NCBI GenBank assembly: GCA_035457725.1
Contig: DATIBC010000044.1
Location: 84,067 to 148,066, forward strand
Source: Alphaproteobacteria bacterium
GTDB lineage: Bacteria > Pseudomonadota > Alphaproteobacteria > CACIAM-22H2
Length of the DNA: 64,000 nt
Reading direction: 5' to 3'
The number at the start of each line of letters is the position of its first letter. The stretch's first letter is position 1. Below the pieces are notes generated by a model, which did no database searches, had not been told where the DNA came from, and saw only the letters and a list, made by a program, of their open reading frames with translations. A program made the translations under genes and the position numbers. This document shows positions 1-11,435 of this stretch, piece by piece.

Positions 1-648
1 TGTAGAGCCCGACGAGGAGAAAACCGGGAATGAACGCGCCGGCGAAAAGATCGCCCACCGAGACCGGATCGGGCGCGAAATTGCCCTTCTCGGCCTGCGC
101 CTGCGTGTTCGCCCCTTGCAGCACGTCGCCGACGAATATCAGCACGGTCGATGGCGGGATGATCTGGCCCAGCGTGCCCGAGGCGCAAATTATCCCAGTC
201 GCAAGTTTCGGATCGTAGCCGGCGCGCAGCATCGCCGGGAGGCTCAGCAGACCCATGGTCACCACGGTCGCGCCGACGATGCCGGTTGAAGCCGCAAGCA
301 TGGCGCCGACGATGATTACCGAGTATCCGAGCCCGCCGCGCATTCCGCCAAATATCTGTCCCATCGTCGTGAGCAGTACCTCGGCGATCCGCGATCGCTC
401 GAGCATCACGCCCATGAAAATGAACAGCGGCACCGCGACCAGGACCTCGTTGTTCATCACGCCCCAGAAACGGTTGGGTAGCGCACCGAGCAATTGCAGG
501 TCGAACGCGCCATAGGCATGGCCGAGCAATCCGAACAGGAGGGACGCGCCGCCGAGCGAGAAGGCCACCGGATAGCCGATCATCAACAGGAAGATCACGG
601 CGAGAAACATGGTGACGGCAAGAATCTCGCCGATGGTGTGCGGGTCGA
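1..648 (-). CDS. dctM: TRAP transporter large permease subunit DctM, partial; N-terminal ~216 aa visible and the gene continues beyond the window start
   Basis: Reverse-complement of 600-660 reads ATG-TTC-GGT-CTC-GAC-CCG-CAC-ACC-ATC-GGC-GAG-ATT-CTT (MFGLDPHTIGEIL...), a typical DctM N-terminus. The start codon sits at 648, 20 nt downstream of the dctQ stop. There is no stop in this frame down to position 1. The ORF track does not list it because it runs off the window edge. Confidence 0.7.
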
Positions 649-670
649 GACCGAACATCGGCGCGGTTCC

Positions 671-1234
671 TCAGTGCTCCTGGCCGGAGCGCGCGAACTC
701 CTCGCGGCCGGCGATGACCAAAGAACACCGCGCTACCATTGCGACGGCCTGCAGGCCGACGAGCGCGCAAAACAGCAGCAATCCCGACTTGAGTATGAAA
801 ACGCCGTCCATCCCACCCGGCTGGCTGGATGGCTCGAAGATGCTCCACGAGGCGCGCACGAACGGCAGCGAGTAGATCCACACCACGACCAGGAACGGCG
901 CCATGAACACTAGCGTCCCGACAAGATCAACCCACGCCTTGCGGCGCGCCGACATGCGGGCATAAAAGATGTCTACCCTGACATGCCCGCCATACAGCAG
1001 CGTGTAGCCGGCGCCGATCATGAACACGATGGCGTGCTCGGCGACATAGAGCTCCTGCAGCCATATAAACCCGAAATTCAGCACGTAACGCAGATAGACG
1101 GTAAGAAAACAGATCAACGCCGTGCCGAGAGTGAGCCACGCCACGAATCGACCAATCGTGTCGTTGAGTCGGTCGACCAACCGTACCAGCGTCGTAAGTG
1201 TCTCGATCAAGATACGGCGTGCCTCCGTTCCCAC
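671..1234 (-). CDS. dctQ: TRAP transporter small permease subunit DctQ
   Basis: 187-aa protein with 4 predicted TM helices. Its size and position immediately upstream of dctM on the same strand match TRAP DctQ. Confidence 0.65.
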   Translation of the reverse strand: MGTEARRILIETLTTLVRLVDRLNDTIGRFVAWLTLGTALICFLTVYLRYVLNFGFIWLQELYVAEHAIVFMIGAGYTLLYGGHVRVDIFYARMSARRKAWVDLVGTLVFMAPFLVVVWIYSLPFVRASWSIFEPSSQPGGMDGVFILKSGLLLFCALVGLQAVAMVARCSLVIAGREEFARSGQEH

Positions 1235-1338
1235 GATTGCATCGCGTCAACCGAAACGTCCGCGCGTTCAAGCGCTCGCATTCGTCACTTCGACTTCGGG
1301 TTTGATTCGGCGCGCCGGGAACGGTCAGTGCGCGAAAT

Positions 1339-1932
1339 TCAACTGCCTCGGCCCCCGACCGCCCGCCATGCCAGAGGCAATGTCGCCGCGGCCAACGCCA
1401 GTTTGAGGATGGATCCTTCGATAAAGGGTGTCAGCCCGACAGCGACGGCTTTACTCCAACCGAACAGGACGGCAAGCCACATCAGACCCGGCACGAACAG
1501 GATAACCGTTCCGAGCCCCATTGCCGCGCCGGCGCGCCAGACCGTGCGATCCCAACCACGCTCCGCCAACCATCCCATGACCCATGCGGCGAGGACGAAG
1601 CCGACCAGATAGCCGCCTGTCGGGCCCGCCATATAGGCGATTCCAATGCCGCGCTCCGGCGTGCCGGCGAACACCGGCAATCCGACCGCGCCCTCGAGCA
1701 GGTAAAGCGCCACGGTGGCCGCCGCCAGCCGTGACCCGTAAGCCATGCCGAGGACCAGGATCACGTAAGACTGCATGGTCATCGGCACCGGCCACATCGG
1801 GACATTTGCCTTGGCTGAGGCCCAGAGCAACGCCGACCCCAGCAACGCCAGGGTCGCATTGCGGACCAAAGGGCGCGCGGCCGCTGGCCAAATTCGGTCT
1901 ATGAGGGTCGTCCCAGCGGCGATGACCTGCAT
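1339..1932 (-). CDS. bioY: Biotin transporter BioY (ECF S-component family)
   Basis: 197-aa polytopic protein with a BioY-like core (VPMTMQS...GLPVFAG...GPTGGYLVGF). Confidence 0.7.
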   Translation of the reverse strand: MQVIAAGTTLIDRIWPAAARPLVRNATLALLGSALLWASAKANVPMWPVPMTMQSYVILVLGMAYGSRLAAATVALYLLEGAVGLPVFAGTPERGIGIAYMAGPTGGYLVGFVLAAWVMGWLAERGWDRTVWRAGAAMGLGTVILFVPGLMWLAVLFGWSKAVAVGLTPFIEGSILKLALAAATLPLAWRAVGGRGS

Positions 1933-1999
1933 CGTGAGCTCCCATCCTGTGTGATTTTATCGGCCGTTTATTGCGGCTGCTTATAGCTGCCGACCCCGC

Positions 2000-4225
2000 T
2001 CAAGTAAATCGGTTCGCGCGCGTAAATCCTTGCGGCGGCAGCCGACCCGACTGGCCGCGTTCACCGATCCAGTCGCGCAGCGCTGTCTCGGTGCGCACGC
2101 CGTTGCCGGCCCGCCACGACAAACCGTCGGCGGCGTGGAAAGTCTTGACGTCAGCCAGGCCGCCGTCCTTGTAGCGCTGCAGAATCACGCCGCGGCCGCG
2201 GCTCATCTCCGGCACCTGTTCGAGCTTGAACAATAGTAGTTTCCGATTCTCGCCGAGAACCGCGACCATGTCGCCTTCGACCGGAACGCACGCCCGCGCC
2301 GCCACGCCTTCGCCGACGTTCATCACCTGCCGTCCGCCACGGGTTTGCGCCAGTACCTCATCCTCGGCAACGATGAACCCGCGTCCATCGCTTGAGGCGA
2401 CCAGCAGCTTGCGGCCAGGCTTATGGACCAGGAGCTGAACGACCTCGCCCTCGTTCCCGAGATCGATCATCAGCTTAAGCGGCTGGCCGTCGCCGCGCCC
2501 GCGCGGCAGTTTTTCAGCCGGTATGACGAAGAAGCGGCCGTTGGTCGCGAAGACCACGAGCTTGTCGGTGCTTTCCGCCTTGAATTCGAATTTGGCGCTG
2601 TCGCCCTCTTTGTAGCGAATCTCGGAGAGGTCATCGAGGTGCCCCTTGAAGGCGCGTATCCATGCCTTCTGCGAGCAGACGATGGTGAGCGCCTCGCGCT
2701 CGATCAACGCTTCGATCGGAACGATGACCGGAGCCGGCGCATCGGCGATCTCGGTACGCCGCTTGCCTAGGTCCGTCTTCTCCCCGAACCGCTGGCGGAT
2801 ATCCTGAATCTCATCGGCGATCGTCCGCCAGCGCCTGTCTTCGTCGCGCATCAGCTGGTTGAGCTGCTTACGCTCGGCGGTCAAGCCTTCGTGTTCGCGC
2901 CGGATTTCGATCTCCTCGAGCCGGCGCAGCGCGCGTAGCCGCATGTTGAGAATCGCCTCCGCCTGGGCGTCGCTGAGCTTGAATCGACGCATCAGTACGG
3001 GCTTGGGCTCGTCCTCCTTGCGGATGATCTTGATCACCGCATCGAGATTCAGGTAAGCGACGAGGTAACCGTCGAGCACTTCGAGCCGCCGTTCGATATT
3101 GGCGAGGCGGAATTTGGTCCGGCGTTTCAGCACTTCGTGGCGGTGGTCGAGAAAAGCCTGCAGGACCTCCCGAAGGCTCATGACCCGCGGCGTGTTCTGC
3201 GCGTCGAGCACGTTCATGTTGAGCGAGATGCGGGTCTCGAGCTCGGTCTGCCTGAAGAGCGATTCCATCAGCACTTTGGGATCGACGTTGCGACTCTTCG
3301 GTTCGAGGATGATGCGGACATCCTCGGCCGATTCGTCGCGTACGTCGGCAAGCAGCGCCAGCTTCTTTTCGCCGAGCAGCTCGGCGATCTTCTCGATCAG
3401 CCGCGACTTCTGCACCTGATAAGGAATTTCGGTGACGACGATTTGGTATTGGCCGAGCCCAAGCTTCTCGTCCCTCCATCGCGCGCGGACACGAAAGCTC
3501 CCGCGGCCGGCGGCGTATGCCTGCTCGATCGCCTCGCGCGATTCGACCAAAACCCCGCCGGTCGGGAAATCCGGACCGGGCATCAACTCCACCAACTTAC
3601 CGACGGTGGCCTTTGGATATTTTATGAGATGCAGCAGCGCGGTGCAGATTTCGCCGGCGTTATGCGGGGGAATGCTCGTCGCCATGCCAACGGCGATTCC
3701 CGACGCGCCGTTCGCCAGTAGGTTCGGGAAAGCCGCCGGCAACACGACTGGTTCGCTGCCCTCGCCGTCGTATGTCATTCGGAAGTCGACTGCGTCTTCG
3801 TCGATGCCGGCGAGCAAGGCCTGGGCGACGTCGGTCAATCGCGCCTCGGTGTAGCGCATCGCCGCCGCGTTATCGCCGTCGATATTGCCGAAATTGCCTT
3901 GCCCGTCGACAAGCTTGTAGCGCTGGGCGAATTCCTGGGCGAGGCGGACCAGCGCGTCGTAAACGGCGGTATCGCCATGAGGATGATACTTGCCGATGAC
4001 ATCGCCGACGACCCGGGCGCATTTCTTGAATCCGGCGGCGGGATCAAGCCGCAATTGCTGCATCGCGTAGAGCAATCGTCGATGCACCGGCTTCAGTCCG
4101 TCGCGCACGTCGGGCAGCGAGCGGGACATGATGGTCGACAGCGCATAGGACAGGTACCGCTCGCCGAGTGCTTGGGCCAGCGGGATGGGTTGAATGTCGT
4201 CGCCCGGTTTTCGTTTGGCCGTCAT
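2000..4225 (-). CDS. parC: DNA topoisomerase IV subunit A
   Basis: 741 aa. GyrA/ParC N-terminal catalytic region ([16 protein letters not shown], active-site region AAMRYTE). The length fits ParC rather than GyrA (~900 aa). Confidence 0.9.
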   Translation of the reverse strand: MTAKRKPGDDIQPIPLAQALGERYLSYALSTIMSRSLPDVRDGLKPVHRRLLYAMQQLRLDPAAGFKKCARVVGDVIGKYHPHGDTAVYDALVRLAQEFAQRYKLVDGQGNFGNIDGDNAAAMRYTEARLTDVAQALLAGIDEDAVDFRMTYDGEGSEPVVLPAAFPNLLANGASGIAVGMATSIPPHNAGEICTALLHLIKYPKATVGKLVELMPGPDFPTGGVLVESREAIEQAYAAGRGSFRVRARWRDEKLGLGQYQIVVTEIPYQVQKSRLIEKIAELLGEKKLALLADVRDESAEDVRIILEPKSRNVDPKVLMESLFRQTELETRISLNMNVLDAQNTPRVMSLREVLQAFLDHRHEVLKRRTKFRLANIERRLEVLDGYLVAYLNLDAVIKIIRKEDEPKPVLMRRFKLSDAQAEAILNMRLRALRRLEEIEIRREHEGLTAERKQLNQLMRDEDRRWRTIADEIQDIRQRFGEKTDLGKRRTEIADAPAPVIVPIEALIEREALTIVCSQKAWIRAFKGHLDDLSEIRYKEGDSAKFEFKAESTDKLVVFATNGRFFVIPAEKLPRGRGDGQPLKLMIDLGNEGEVVQLLVHKPGRKLLVASSDGRGFIVAEDEVLAQTRGGRQVMNVGEGVAARACVPVEGDMVAVLGENRKLLLFKLEQVPEMSRGRGVILQRYKDGGLADVKTFHAADGLSWRAGNGVRTETALRDWIGERGQSGRLPPQGFTRANRFT

Positions 4226-4983
4226 CTCGTTCGAGTCCGATTTGTACTAGATATAGTAGCCGAACGGCCCAACCGTTCAACCAATCGTGTGCGCGCGGCC
4301 GGGAGCTGGCGGCCGTGCGGGGCAAAGACGGAGCGGTCGAGGAAATGTCCGGTGAGCGCCAGCCCGGCGACGATCTCGCCGGAATCCACGTCCGCGTCGT
4401 CGCGTTCGGAGACCAAGAAACGCGGCAAGCGCAGCAGGCGGCCGCCGTACGGCTCGCCTGCGGCGGCGCCGACCGCTCGACCGGTTCGCGGCGACACGTA
4501 GGTCAGATCCTCGCGCGATCCGGTCGCCGCGCAGCGCGTCAAGTCGAGGCCGAATCCAAGCTCGGCCAGCAGGCGCGTTTCCCAGCGCACGTATCGTGCT
4601 GGCCAGCCGGGTGCATCGAGACCACGCAGCAAGTCAAGCGTCGACGCGAAGAGCGCCGGGTGCGGCTCGCGTTCCGGCAGCGCCGCTTGGAGCACCGCGC
4701 AGATTGCCGCAAGCGCTTCGAGCCGAGCGGGATCATCGAGCATCCGCGCGGCGATCGCCTCGGACATCTCGCAGACGAAGCTGCCGAGATGCTCAGCGAG
4801 CCGGGCGCGCCAGCGCGCGGTGACGAGCGTTCCCGCCTGATAGAGGCCGCCGGCGCGGCGCCCTGCCCCGCCTCGCACCAGGCCGACATGCCGGCCATGG
4901 GCACGGGTCAGTAGCGTCACCACCGCGGCGCTCTCGCCGTGCCGGCGCCGTGCAACGACGATTCCTTCGTCCTGCCATTCCAT
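4222..4983 (-). CDS. recO: DNA repair protein RecO
   Basis: 253 aa, RecO-like N-terminal OB region. It overlaps the parC start by 4 nt (ATGA) and lies in the conserved era-recO neighbourhood. Confidence 0.8.
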   Translation of the reverse strand: MEWQDEGIVVARRRHGESAAVVTLLTRAHGRHVGLVRGGAGRRAGGLYQAGTLVTARWRARLAEHLGSFVCEMSEAIAARMLDDPARLEALAAICAVLQAALPEREPHPALFASTLDLLRGLDAPGWPARYVRWETRLLAELGFGLDLTRCAATGSREDLTYVSPRTGRAVGAAAGEPYGGRLLRLPRFLVSERDDADVDSGEIVAGLALTGHFLDRSVFAPHGRQLPAARTRLVERLGRSATISSTNRTRTR

Positions 4984-5030
4984 GACTGCTGGTTAGCCCG
5001 ATTTACGTCGGTCGTATGCGTGCGGAACCC

Positions 5031-5954
5031 TCATGCATCGTACTCCAGGCCCCACAGCCGATAAAATTCGCGGCGCTCGGCCCAATCTTCCGCGACCTTG
5101 ATGTGCAAAAAGAGATGCACGTTGCGGCCGAACGCGCGGCTCATTTCGGCGCGCGCCGCGGCGCCGATCGCCTTGATCCGCGCTCCGCCCTCGCCCAGCA
5201 CGATCTTGCGCTGATTGTCGCGCCGGACGTAGACGACCTGATCGATCCGCGCACTGCCGTCGCGGAATTCCTGCCACTTTTCGGTCTCCACCGCGATGCT
5301 GTAGGGCAGCTCCTGGCGCAATTGGATGAACGCCTGCTCGCGGGTGATTTCGGCGGCCAGCAGCCGCTCAGGCATGTCCGATATTTGGTCATCGGGATAG
5401 AGCCAGGGACCAGGCGGTACGGCGCGCGCCAAATAGGCCTTGAGATCGCCGACGCCATCGCCGGTCGCTGCCGAGATCATGAACGTCGCGACGAATTTGG
5501 CCGCATCGTTGATCGATCGCGCGAGCTTAAGCAGCGACGGAGGCTTGACCAAGTCGATCTTGTTTATCGCCAGGACCGCGGCGAGCTCCCGCTCGCGAAT
5601 CCCCTCGACGATTCGGCGCGTCGAATTATCGAATCCGAGCTTGGCGTCGGCCAGCAACAGAACCTGATCGGCGTCCTCGGCGCCTCGCCATGCGGCCTCG
5701 ATCATCGCCCGGTCGAGCCGCTTGCGCGCCTCGAAAACGCCGGGCAAGTCCAGAAAGGCGATCTGCGATGTCCCCTCGAGCGCGATGCCGGTGACCCGCG
5801 TGCGCGTCGTCTGCACCTTGGGCGAAACGATCGACACCTTGGCGCCCACCAGGCGGTTGACTAGCGTCGATTTGCCGGAGTTCGGCGCGCCCATCACCGC
5901 GATAAAGCCGCATCGCTTCGTCGCAACGCCGCCCTGCGTGCCCGGCAAGTTCAT
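5031..5954 (-). CDS. era: GTPase Era
   Basis: G1 motif GAPNSGKST, G3 DLPG, NKID G4 motif and a C-terminal KH domain. 307 aa. Confidence 0.9.
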   Translation of the reverse strand: MNLPGTQGGVATKRCGFIAVMGAPNSGKSTLVNRLVGAKVSIVSPKVQTTRTRVTGIALEGTSQIAFLDLPGVFEARKRLDRAMIEAAWRGAEDADQVLLLADAKLGFDNSTRRIVEGIRERELAAVLAINKIDLVKPPSLLKLARSINDAAKFVATFMISAATGDGVGDLKAYLARAVPPGPWLYPDDQISDMPERLLAAEITREQAFIQLRQELPYSIAVETEKWQEFRDGSARIDQVVYVRRDNQRKIVLGEGGARIKAIGAAARAEMSRAFGRNVHLFLHIKVAEDWAERREFYRLWGLEYDA

Positions 5955-6712
5955 CGGTCCCCATGTTCGACGCGATCGAGCAGCGCCGCGGCCGCGCGGC
6001 GCTCGGCGGCGCGCTTCGAGGCGCCCTCCCCGGTCGCTGGCGCGATGTCGGCCACCCGCACCTCGACAACGAAACGCGGTTGGTGAGCCGGCCCTTCTTC
6101 CGACAACGTGCGATACTTAGGCAACGGCTTGCCGCGGCCTTGCGCCCATTCCTGAAGCGCCGTCTTGGGGTCGCGCGGCGGCTGCGATGCCGCCTCAATC
6201 AGCTTCTGGAACTCGCGCCGGATGAACGCTGCGGCCGCCGGCAGCCCGCCGTCGCGATACAGCGCGGCGATCACCGCCTCCAGCGCATCCGCGAGAACGG
6301 CCGGATTCTCGCGGCCGCCGGACGCATCTTCGCTCTTGGACAGGCGGAGATGGCGACCAAGACTGATCGTCCGCGCCACGCGCGCCAGAGCATCGCGTTG
6401 AACCACCGCGGCGTGACGCTTGGCGATATCGCCTTCGCTTTCACCCGAAAACTGCTCCAGCAACATTTCAGCGACGACCAGCGCCAGCACTCGGTCGCCG
6501 AGGAATTCGAGGCGCTCAAACGAGCCGCCGGGCTGCGGGCGCGCACCGCCGATCGCGCTGGCGTGCGTCAACGCCGTCGTCAGCAAGCGGGCGTCCGCAA
6601 AGGCGTGACCGAGAACGGACTCGAGATCGGCGTGGGTGACCCGGTCGCCGCTCAACGCGCGGATCAGCGGACGCGCCCGAAGATCCGCTCGAAGCGGATC
6701 GACGTCGGCCAC
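5951..6712 (-). CDS. rnc: Ribonuclease III
   Basis: RNase III signature ERLEFLGDRVL plus a dsRBD C-terminus. The start may be an internal GTG about 24 codons in. It overlaps the era start and the lepB end. Confidence 0.85.
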   Translation of the reverse strand: MADVDPLRADLRARPLIRALSGDRVTHADLESVLGHAFADARLLTTALTHASAIGGARPQPGGSFERLEFLGDRVLALVVAEMLLEQFSGESEGDIAKRHAAVVQRDALARVARTISLGRHLRLSKSEDASGGRENPAVLADALEAVIAALYRDGGLPAAAAFIRREFQKLIEAASQPPRDPKTALQEWAQGRGKPLPKYRTLSEEGPAHQPRFVVEVRVADIAPATGEGASKRAAERRAAAALLDRVEHGDR

Positions 6713-7416
6713 TTCCAGAATTCGAACCAGCGCGCCGAGCCGTCGGTTGAAAAGAAAATGATCTCCGCCCGCCCGACCAGGTTTTCCGCCGGCACGAAGC
6801 CGACATCGGCGCGACTGTCGAGGGAATTGTCGCGATTGTCGCCCATGGCGAAATAGTGTCCCGCCGGCACCGCGAACACGTCGGTGTTGTCGGCCAGACC
6901 TGTATCCGAATACTCGATGATGCGATGCGCGCGGCTGCCAGGCAACGTCTCCAGAAACTGTCGGACGCGCGTCACCGCGCCGCTTTCGATCTCGATATAG
7001 TCCTCGATCCGCTCGCGCCGCACCGGTTGTCCGTTGATGTGCAACAGTCCGCCGCGCACTTGAATTCGATCGCCCGGAAGTCCGACGATGCGCTTGATGT
7101 AGTCGGTGCGGCGGTCGCGCGGCAATTTGAACACCGCCACATCGCCGCGTTGTGGTTCGCCTGCCAGGATTCGCCCGGAGAACGGCCCCAGGCTGTAGGG
7201 AAACGAGTGCCGACTGTATCCGTACGAGTATTTGGACACGAACAGGTAGTCTCCGACGAGCAGCGTCGGCACCATCGAGCCCGACGGAATGTTGAACGGT
7301 TCGTATGCCAGGGTCCTGATGACCAGCGCCACGGCGACCGCGATCACGCCGGTCTTAACGAACTCGACAAACCCGCTCGAGGATTTCCGCGCCATCTTGG
7401 TCTTGGAGATGCTCAT
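6664..7416 (-). CDS. lepB: Signal peptidase I
   Basis: SPase I boxes: SGSMVPTL (catalytic Ser), GDNRDNSLDSR, KRIVGLPGD. 250 aa. Confidence 0.9.
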   Translation of the reverse strand: MSISKTKMARKSSSGFVEFVKTGVIAVAVALVIRTLAYEPFNIPSGSMVPTLLVGDYLFVSKYSYGYSRHSFPYSLGPFSGRILAGEPQRGDVAVFKLPRDRRTDYIKRIVGLPGDRIQVRGGLLHINGQPVRRERIEDYIEIESGAVTRVRQFLETLPGSRAHRIIEYSDTGLADNTDVFAVPAGHYFAMGDNRDNSLDSRADVGFVPAENLVGRAEIIFFSTDGSARWFEFWKWPTSIRFERIFGRVR

Positions 7417-7531
7417 CGATCCGACCCGGCCGACTCGACCCGCTTTGATCGGGCGATCGTCACAGGGCGGCGATCAAGCCCTGCGGCGGCAAGCCTGTCA
7501 AGCACCGCACCAACGGCGAGAAACCGCATCC

Positions 7532-7936
7532 TCACCGCTCCGTCGCCACCGCGGAGATGATTACGATTGCTTGGGCCAATGGCGGCTCGTCGGAGAGGGT
7601 CACGTCGATCTGTGCCCGCGTGCCCGGGGGCAAAAGCTGTTCAAGCCGCACCAACGCGCCGCCCGAGAGCTCCATCGTCGGGCGGCCGCCGGACAGATTG
7701 ACCACCCCCATGTCGCGCCAATAGACCCCGGCGCGCAGGCCAGTGCCCAAGGCCTTGGCGCATGCCTCCTTGGCGGCGAAACGCCGGGCGTAACTTGCCG
7801 CAGGATTGGCGCGGCGTTCTGATTTTTGACGCTCGACTGGCGTAAAGACGCGCTCGAGAAAGCGCTCGCCGAAACGTTCCATCGTCCGCTCGATCCGGCG
7901 GATGTCGACGATATCGCTGCCGAGCCCGACGATCAT
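7532..7936 (-). CDS. acpS: Holo-[acyl-carrier-protein] synthase
   Basis: The internal ATG at 7936 gives 134 aa starting [16 protein letters not shown] (AcpS signature). It overlaps the pdxJ stop by ATGA. The longer 230-aa ORF has an Arg/Gly-rich N-terminus typical of a GC artifact. Confidence 0.8.
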   Translation of the reverse strand: MIVGLGSDIVDIRRIERTMERFGERFLERVFTPVERQKSERRANPAASYARRFAAKEACAKALGTGLRAGVYWRDMGVVNLSGGRPTMELSGGALVRLEQLLPPGTRAQIDVTLSDEPPLAQAIVIISAVATER

Positions 7937-8709
7937 GCCGAGCGTTCGCCCGCCGCGCTGGCGCGCGCCTTGTCCATCAATGCCCGCATCCGTTTGATCG
8001 CGCTGTCCAGTCCGCCGAAGATCGCCTCGCCGACCAGGAAATGCCCGATATTGAGCTCGACGATCGTGGCGATGGCCGCGACCGGCGCGACGGTATCGAA
8101 CGTCAAGCCATGGCCGGCGTGGCACTCGAGCGCGAGCTCCTCGGCGAGGGCTGCGGCGGCGGCCAGCCGTTCCAGCTCTTTCGCCACCCGCGGCCCCGAC
8201 GGCGCATCGAGATAAGCCTCGCAATAGCTTCCGGTGTGCAATTCCACGACCGGCGCGCCAAGTCGCCGGGCCGCGTCGAGCGCGGCGCGATCGGGTTCGA
8301 TGAAAAGCGAAACGCGGATGGCCGCGCTCGTCAGCGTATCAATGTACGGCTTCAAGTGGTCGAAATTGCGCACGACATCGAGACCGCCTTCGGTCGTCCG
8401 TTCCTCGCGCTTCTCCGGCACCAGGCAAGCCGCGTGCGGCCGATGGCGCAAGGCGATCTGGAGCATTTCCGGCGTCGCCGCCATTTCGAGATTGAGCGGC
8501 AGGTCGATCTCCCATGACAGCCGCTCGATGTCGCGATCGGAGATGTGGCGGCGGTCCTCGCGAAGATGGGCGGTGATACCGTCGGCCCCGGCTTGCGCCG
8601 CGAGCTTGGCCGCACGAACCGGGTCGGGGTGCGCGCCGCCGCGCGCGTTCCGGATCGTCGCAACGTGATCGATGTTGACGCCCAGACGCAGATGTCGCCG
8701 TGCTGCCAT
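7933..8709 (-). CDS. pdxJ: Pyridoxine 5'-phosphate synthase
   Basis: The ATG at 8709 gives 258 aa beginning [24 protein letters not shown], the canonical PdxJ N-terminus. The longer ORF extension was rejected. Confidence 0.9.
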   Translation of the reverse strand: MAARRHLRLGVNIDHVATIRNARGGAHPDPVRAAKLAAQAGADGITAHLREDRRHISDRDIERLSWEIDLPLNLEMAATPEMLQIALRHRPHAACLVPEKREERTTEGGLDVVRNFDHLKPYIDTLTSAAIRVSLFIEPDRAALDAARRLGAPVVELHTGSYCEAYLDAPSGPRVAKELERLAAAAALAEELALECHAGHGLTFDTVAPVAAIATIVELNIGHFLVGEAIFGGLDSAIKRMRALMDKARASAAGERSA

Positions 8710-8729
8710 GTGCCGCTGTTCCTCGCTGA

Positions 8730-10877
8730 TCAGCCTCGTGCGCGCTCGACCGAGTTGATGGCCGGCGTGGCGCGTAGCGCGGCGATAATGTTCGTCAGGT
8801 GCTTGACGTCCCGCACCTCTATATCGATCAGCATTTCCCAGAATTGCTGGGTGCGGTTGGTGACCTTCAGGTTCGTAATGTTGCCGTTGTTCTTGGCGAT
8901 CACGGTCGACAGCGCGCCAAGGCTGCCCGGCTCGTTCGCGACGACGATCGCGACCCGGCCGATTCGCGACCCACCGTCGACCGCAGGCGCGTCCCAGGCG
9001 ACGTCGAGCCAGCGCTCGGGCGTCTCGGCGAAGCTCTCCAGCGTGTCGCAATCGATGGTGTGGATCGTTACTCCCTTGCCCGTGGTGACGATGCCGACGA
9101 TGCGATCGCCCGGCAACGGATGGCAGCACCCGGCGTAATGCACGGCCATGCCGGGAATCAGCCCCTTGATCGGTACCGGCTCGCTCTTTGCCGCCTTGGC
9201 CTTCGCCCGCCGCCTGCCGAGCGGCACCACGTTCGGCTGCTTGGCCGCGCGCGTGCCGGGAAACACCGCCTCCAGTACCTCGCGCTCGGTGCGCGTTCCC
9301 TCGCCCACCATGGCGCAAATGTCATCGACATCGTCGGCCTTGAAGATCTTCAGCACTCCCTCGAGCGCCTTTTCGGTGTAATCGTAGCCCTCGTGCTTGA
9401 AGGCCTTCTGCAGCATCGAGCGGCCGAGGGTCACGAACTGCTCGCGCTGCTGGGTGCGAATGAAACGGCGAATCCGGGCCCGCGCCTTGCCGGTGACGAC
9501 GAAGCGCTCCCACATCGGCGACGGCGTCTGCGCCTTCGAGGTCGCGATCTCGACCTGATCTCCGTTCTGGAGCTGCGTGCGCAACGGCATCATGCGGCCA
9601 TTGATCTTCGCGCCCACGCAATGGTCGCCAACCTCGGAATGGACGGCATAAGCGAAATCGACCGGCGTGGCGCCGCGCGGCAACGCGATGACGTCGCCTT
9701 TGGGAGTGAAGCAGAACACCTGGTCCTGGAACATCTCGAGCTTGGTGTGCTCGAGGAATTCCTCGGGATCGTGGGCGTGCTCGAGGATGTCGACCAGTTC
9801 GCGCAACCAGCGGTATTGCAAGCCATCGCGCTTGCCGTCGACGCCTTGTTTGTATTGCCAATGCGCGGCGACGCCGAATTCGGCGACCTCGTGCATGTCG
9901 CGCGTGCGGATCTGAATCTCAATGCGCTGCTGCTCGGGCCCGTAAACACCGGTGTGCAGCGAACGATAGCCGTTCGGTTTCGGCATCGAGATGTAATCTT
10001 TGAAGCGGCCCGGCACCACGGGGTAGCGGGAGTGAATCACCCCCAGCGCCTTGTAACATTCGTTTGGCTCGGCGACGACGACGCGGAAGGCCATGACGTC
10101 GGAAAGCTGCTCGAATCCGACGTTCTTGCGCTGCGTCTTGCGCCAGATCGAATACGGCGCCTTCTCGCGGCCGGAGACCCAGGCGTCGACTTGTTCCTCG
10201 GCCAGCACGCGCTTCAATTGATCGGTGATGCGGGTGACGACGTCGCCGCCCTTTTCGCGCAGAAACTTCAGGCGATTGACGATCGAAGCGCGAGCGTCGG
10301 GATTCAGCTGGGCAAAGGCGAGATCCTCGAGCTCCTCCTGAATCGCGTGCATACCGATTCGCTCGGCCAACGGCACGTAGATTTCCATAGTCTCGCGGGC
10401 GATGCGCTGTCGCTTTTCGACGTCCTCGATGTAATGCAGGGTCCGCATGTTGTGGAGCCGGTCAGCGAGCTTGACCAGCAGGACGCGGATGTCCTCGGAC
10501 ATGGCGATGACCAGCTTGCGGAAGTTTTCCGCTTGCTTGGTCTTGTCGGACTGCAACTCGAGACGCGACAGCTTGGTAACGCCGTCGACCAACCGGGCGA
10601 TCTCGGGACCGAAAAGCCGCTCGATTTCCTCGTGCGTGGCAAGCGTGTCTTCGACCGTATCGTGAAGCAGCGCCGTCACGATCGACGCTCCGTCAAGCTT
10701 GTACTGGGTGAGAATCCCCGCCACTTCCAGGGGGTGCGAGAAGTACGGATCGCCGGACGCGCGCTTTTGCGCCCCGTGCACCTTCATCGAAAATACGTAA
10801 GCCCGATTGAGCGCCTTCTCGTCGGCGTTGGGATCGTAGGCCTTGACCCGCTCGACCAACTCGAACTGCCGGATCAT
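8730..10877 (-). CDS. spoT: Bifunctional (p)ppGpp synthetase/hydrolase (RelA/SpoT homologue, Rsh)
   Basis: 715 aa with an HD hydrolase domain (HDTVEDT), the synthetase domain, and TGS and ACT C-terminal domains. It lies immediately downstream of rpoZ, as in most bacteria. Confidence 0.9.
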   Translation of the reverse strand: MIRQFELVERVKAYDPNADEKALNRAYVFSMKVHGAQKRASGDPYFSHPLEVAGILTQYKLDGASIVTALLHDTVEDTLATHEEIERLFGPEIARLVDGVTKLSRLELQSDKTKQAENFRKLVIAMSEDIRVLLVKLADRLHNMRTLHYIEDVEKRQRIARETMEIYVPLAERIGMHAIQEELEDLAFAQLNPDARASIVNRLKFLREKGGDVVTRITDQLKRVLAEEQVDAWVSGREKAPYSIWRKTQRKNVGFEQLSDVMAFRVVVAEPNECYKALGVIHSRYPVVPGRFKDYISMPKPNGYRSLHTGVYGPEQQRIEIQIRTRDMHEVAEFGVAAHWQYKQGVDGKRDGLQYRWLRELVDILEHAHDPEEFLEHTKLEMFQDQVFCFTPKGDVIALPRGATPVDFAYAVHSEVGDHCVGAKINGRMMPLRTQLQNGDQVEIATSKAQTPSPMWERFVVTGKARARIRRFIRTQQREQFVTLGRSMLQKAFKHEGYDYTEKALEGVLKIFKADDVDDICAMVGEGTRTEREVLEAVFPGTRAAKQPNVVPLGRRRAKAKAAKSEPVPIKGLIPGMAVHYAGCCHPLPGDRIVGIVTTGKGVTIHTIDCDTLESFAETPERWLDVAWDAPAVDGGSRIGRVAIVVANEPGSLGALSTVIAKNNGNITNLKVTNRTQQFWEMLIDIEVRDVKHLTNIIAALRATPAINSVERARG

Positions 10878-10956
10878 CGCCGCACGGTCCCTCTTGTTGC
10901 CCGTTTCGACGACGCGCCGGGCCGGGCGCGTCGCTGGGCTTTATATGCGTTCCGGC

Positions 10957-11355
10957 TTATTCGCGGTCCGCGGCCGGCGTGGTCGGCTCCTCGCTCGCCT
11001 CGGCCTCCGGCTCGCCTTCCACGGAAATTTCGTCGTCGAACTCATCCGACTTCGTATCGTACGGCACGCCGGCGACGTTTTGTTCCGCAGCGAGGAGCTC
11101 CATCATGTCCTCCTCGGGTTCGTCGCGCTCGACCTGCTTCTGCAGCCCGCTGATCACCGACTGGCGCAAATTGTCAAAATCGACCGAACTCTCCGCGATC
11201 TCGCGCAAGGCGACCACTGGATTCTTGTCATTGTCCCGTTCGAGGGTGAGTTGGGAGCCAGCCGAAATCTCGCGCGCGCGTTGGGCGGCCAGCATCACGA
11301 GATCGAAGCGATTAGGAATCTTTAGCACGCAATCTTCGACGGTTACGCGAGCCAT
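10957..11355 (-). CDS. rpoZ: DNA-directed RNA polymerase subunit omega
   Basis: The internal ATG at 11355 gives MARVTVEDCV..., an RpoZ signature with an acidic C-terminal tail. It sits upstream of spoT. Confidence 0.85.
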   Translation of the reverse strand: MARVTVEDCVLKIPNRFDLVMLAAQRAREISAGSQLTLERDNDKNPVVALREIAESSVDFDNLRQSVISGLQKQVERDEPEEDMMELLAAEQNVAGVPYDTKSDEFDDEISVEGEPEAEASEEPTTPAADRE

Positions 11356-11435
11356 GTCGATCGAACTCCAATTCGCTATGTAAACAAGCAATATAAGATG
11401 CCATCCGACTCAAAGCAAGGATGTTGCGCGACGAT

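Noticed and set aside
1933-1999. BioR/BirA-type operator upstream of bioY
   Set aside because: The only nearby candidate (TTATAGCTGCC) is not palindromic and does not fit TTATMKATAA.
7466-7486. Hairpin CAGGGC-GGCGATCAA-GCCCTG downstream of acpS as a terminator
   Set aside because: It has no flanking U-tract and the next gene (lepB) is upstream, not downstream. It is too weak to call.
8799-11153. 784-aa ORF on the plus strand, plus similar very long ORFs (19563..21194 minus, 31691..33604 plus, 34221..35642 plus, 40545..41756 plus, 43039..44112 minus, 58428..59384 minus, 6856..7560 plus and others)
   Set aside because: They lie antisense to, or frame-shifted over, genes with clear conserved motifs (spoT, threonine dehydratase/DMT, dppA, histidine kinase, TetR, SLC13, pyrC). 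Their products are Arg/Gly/Pro/Ala-rich low-complexity strings typical of stop-poor alternative frames in high-GC DNA.
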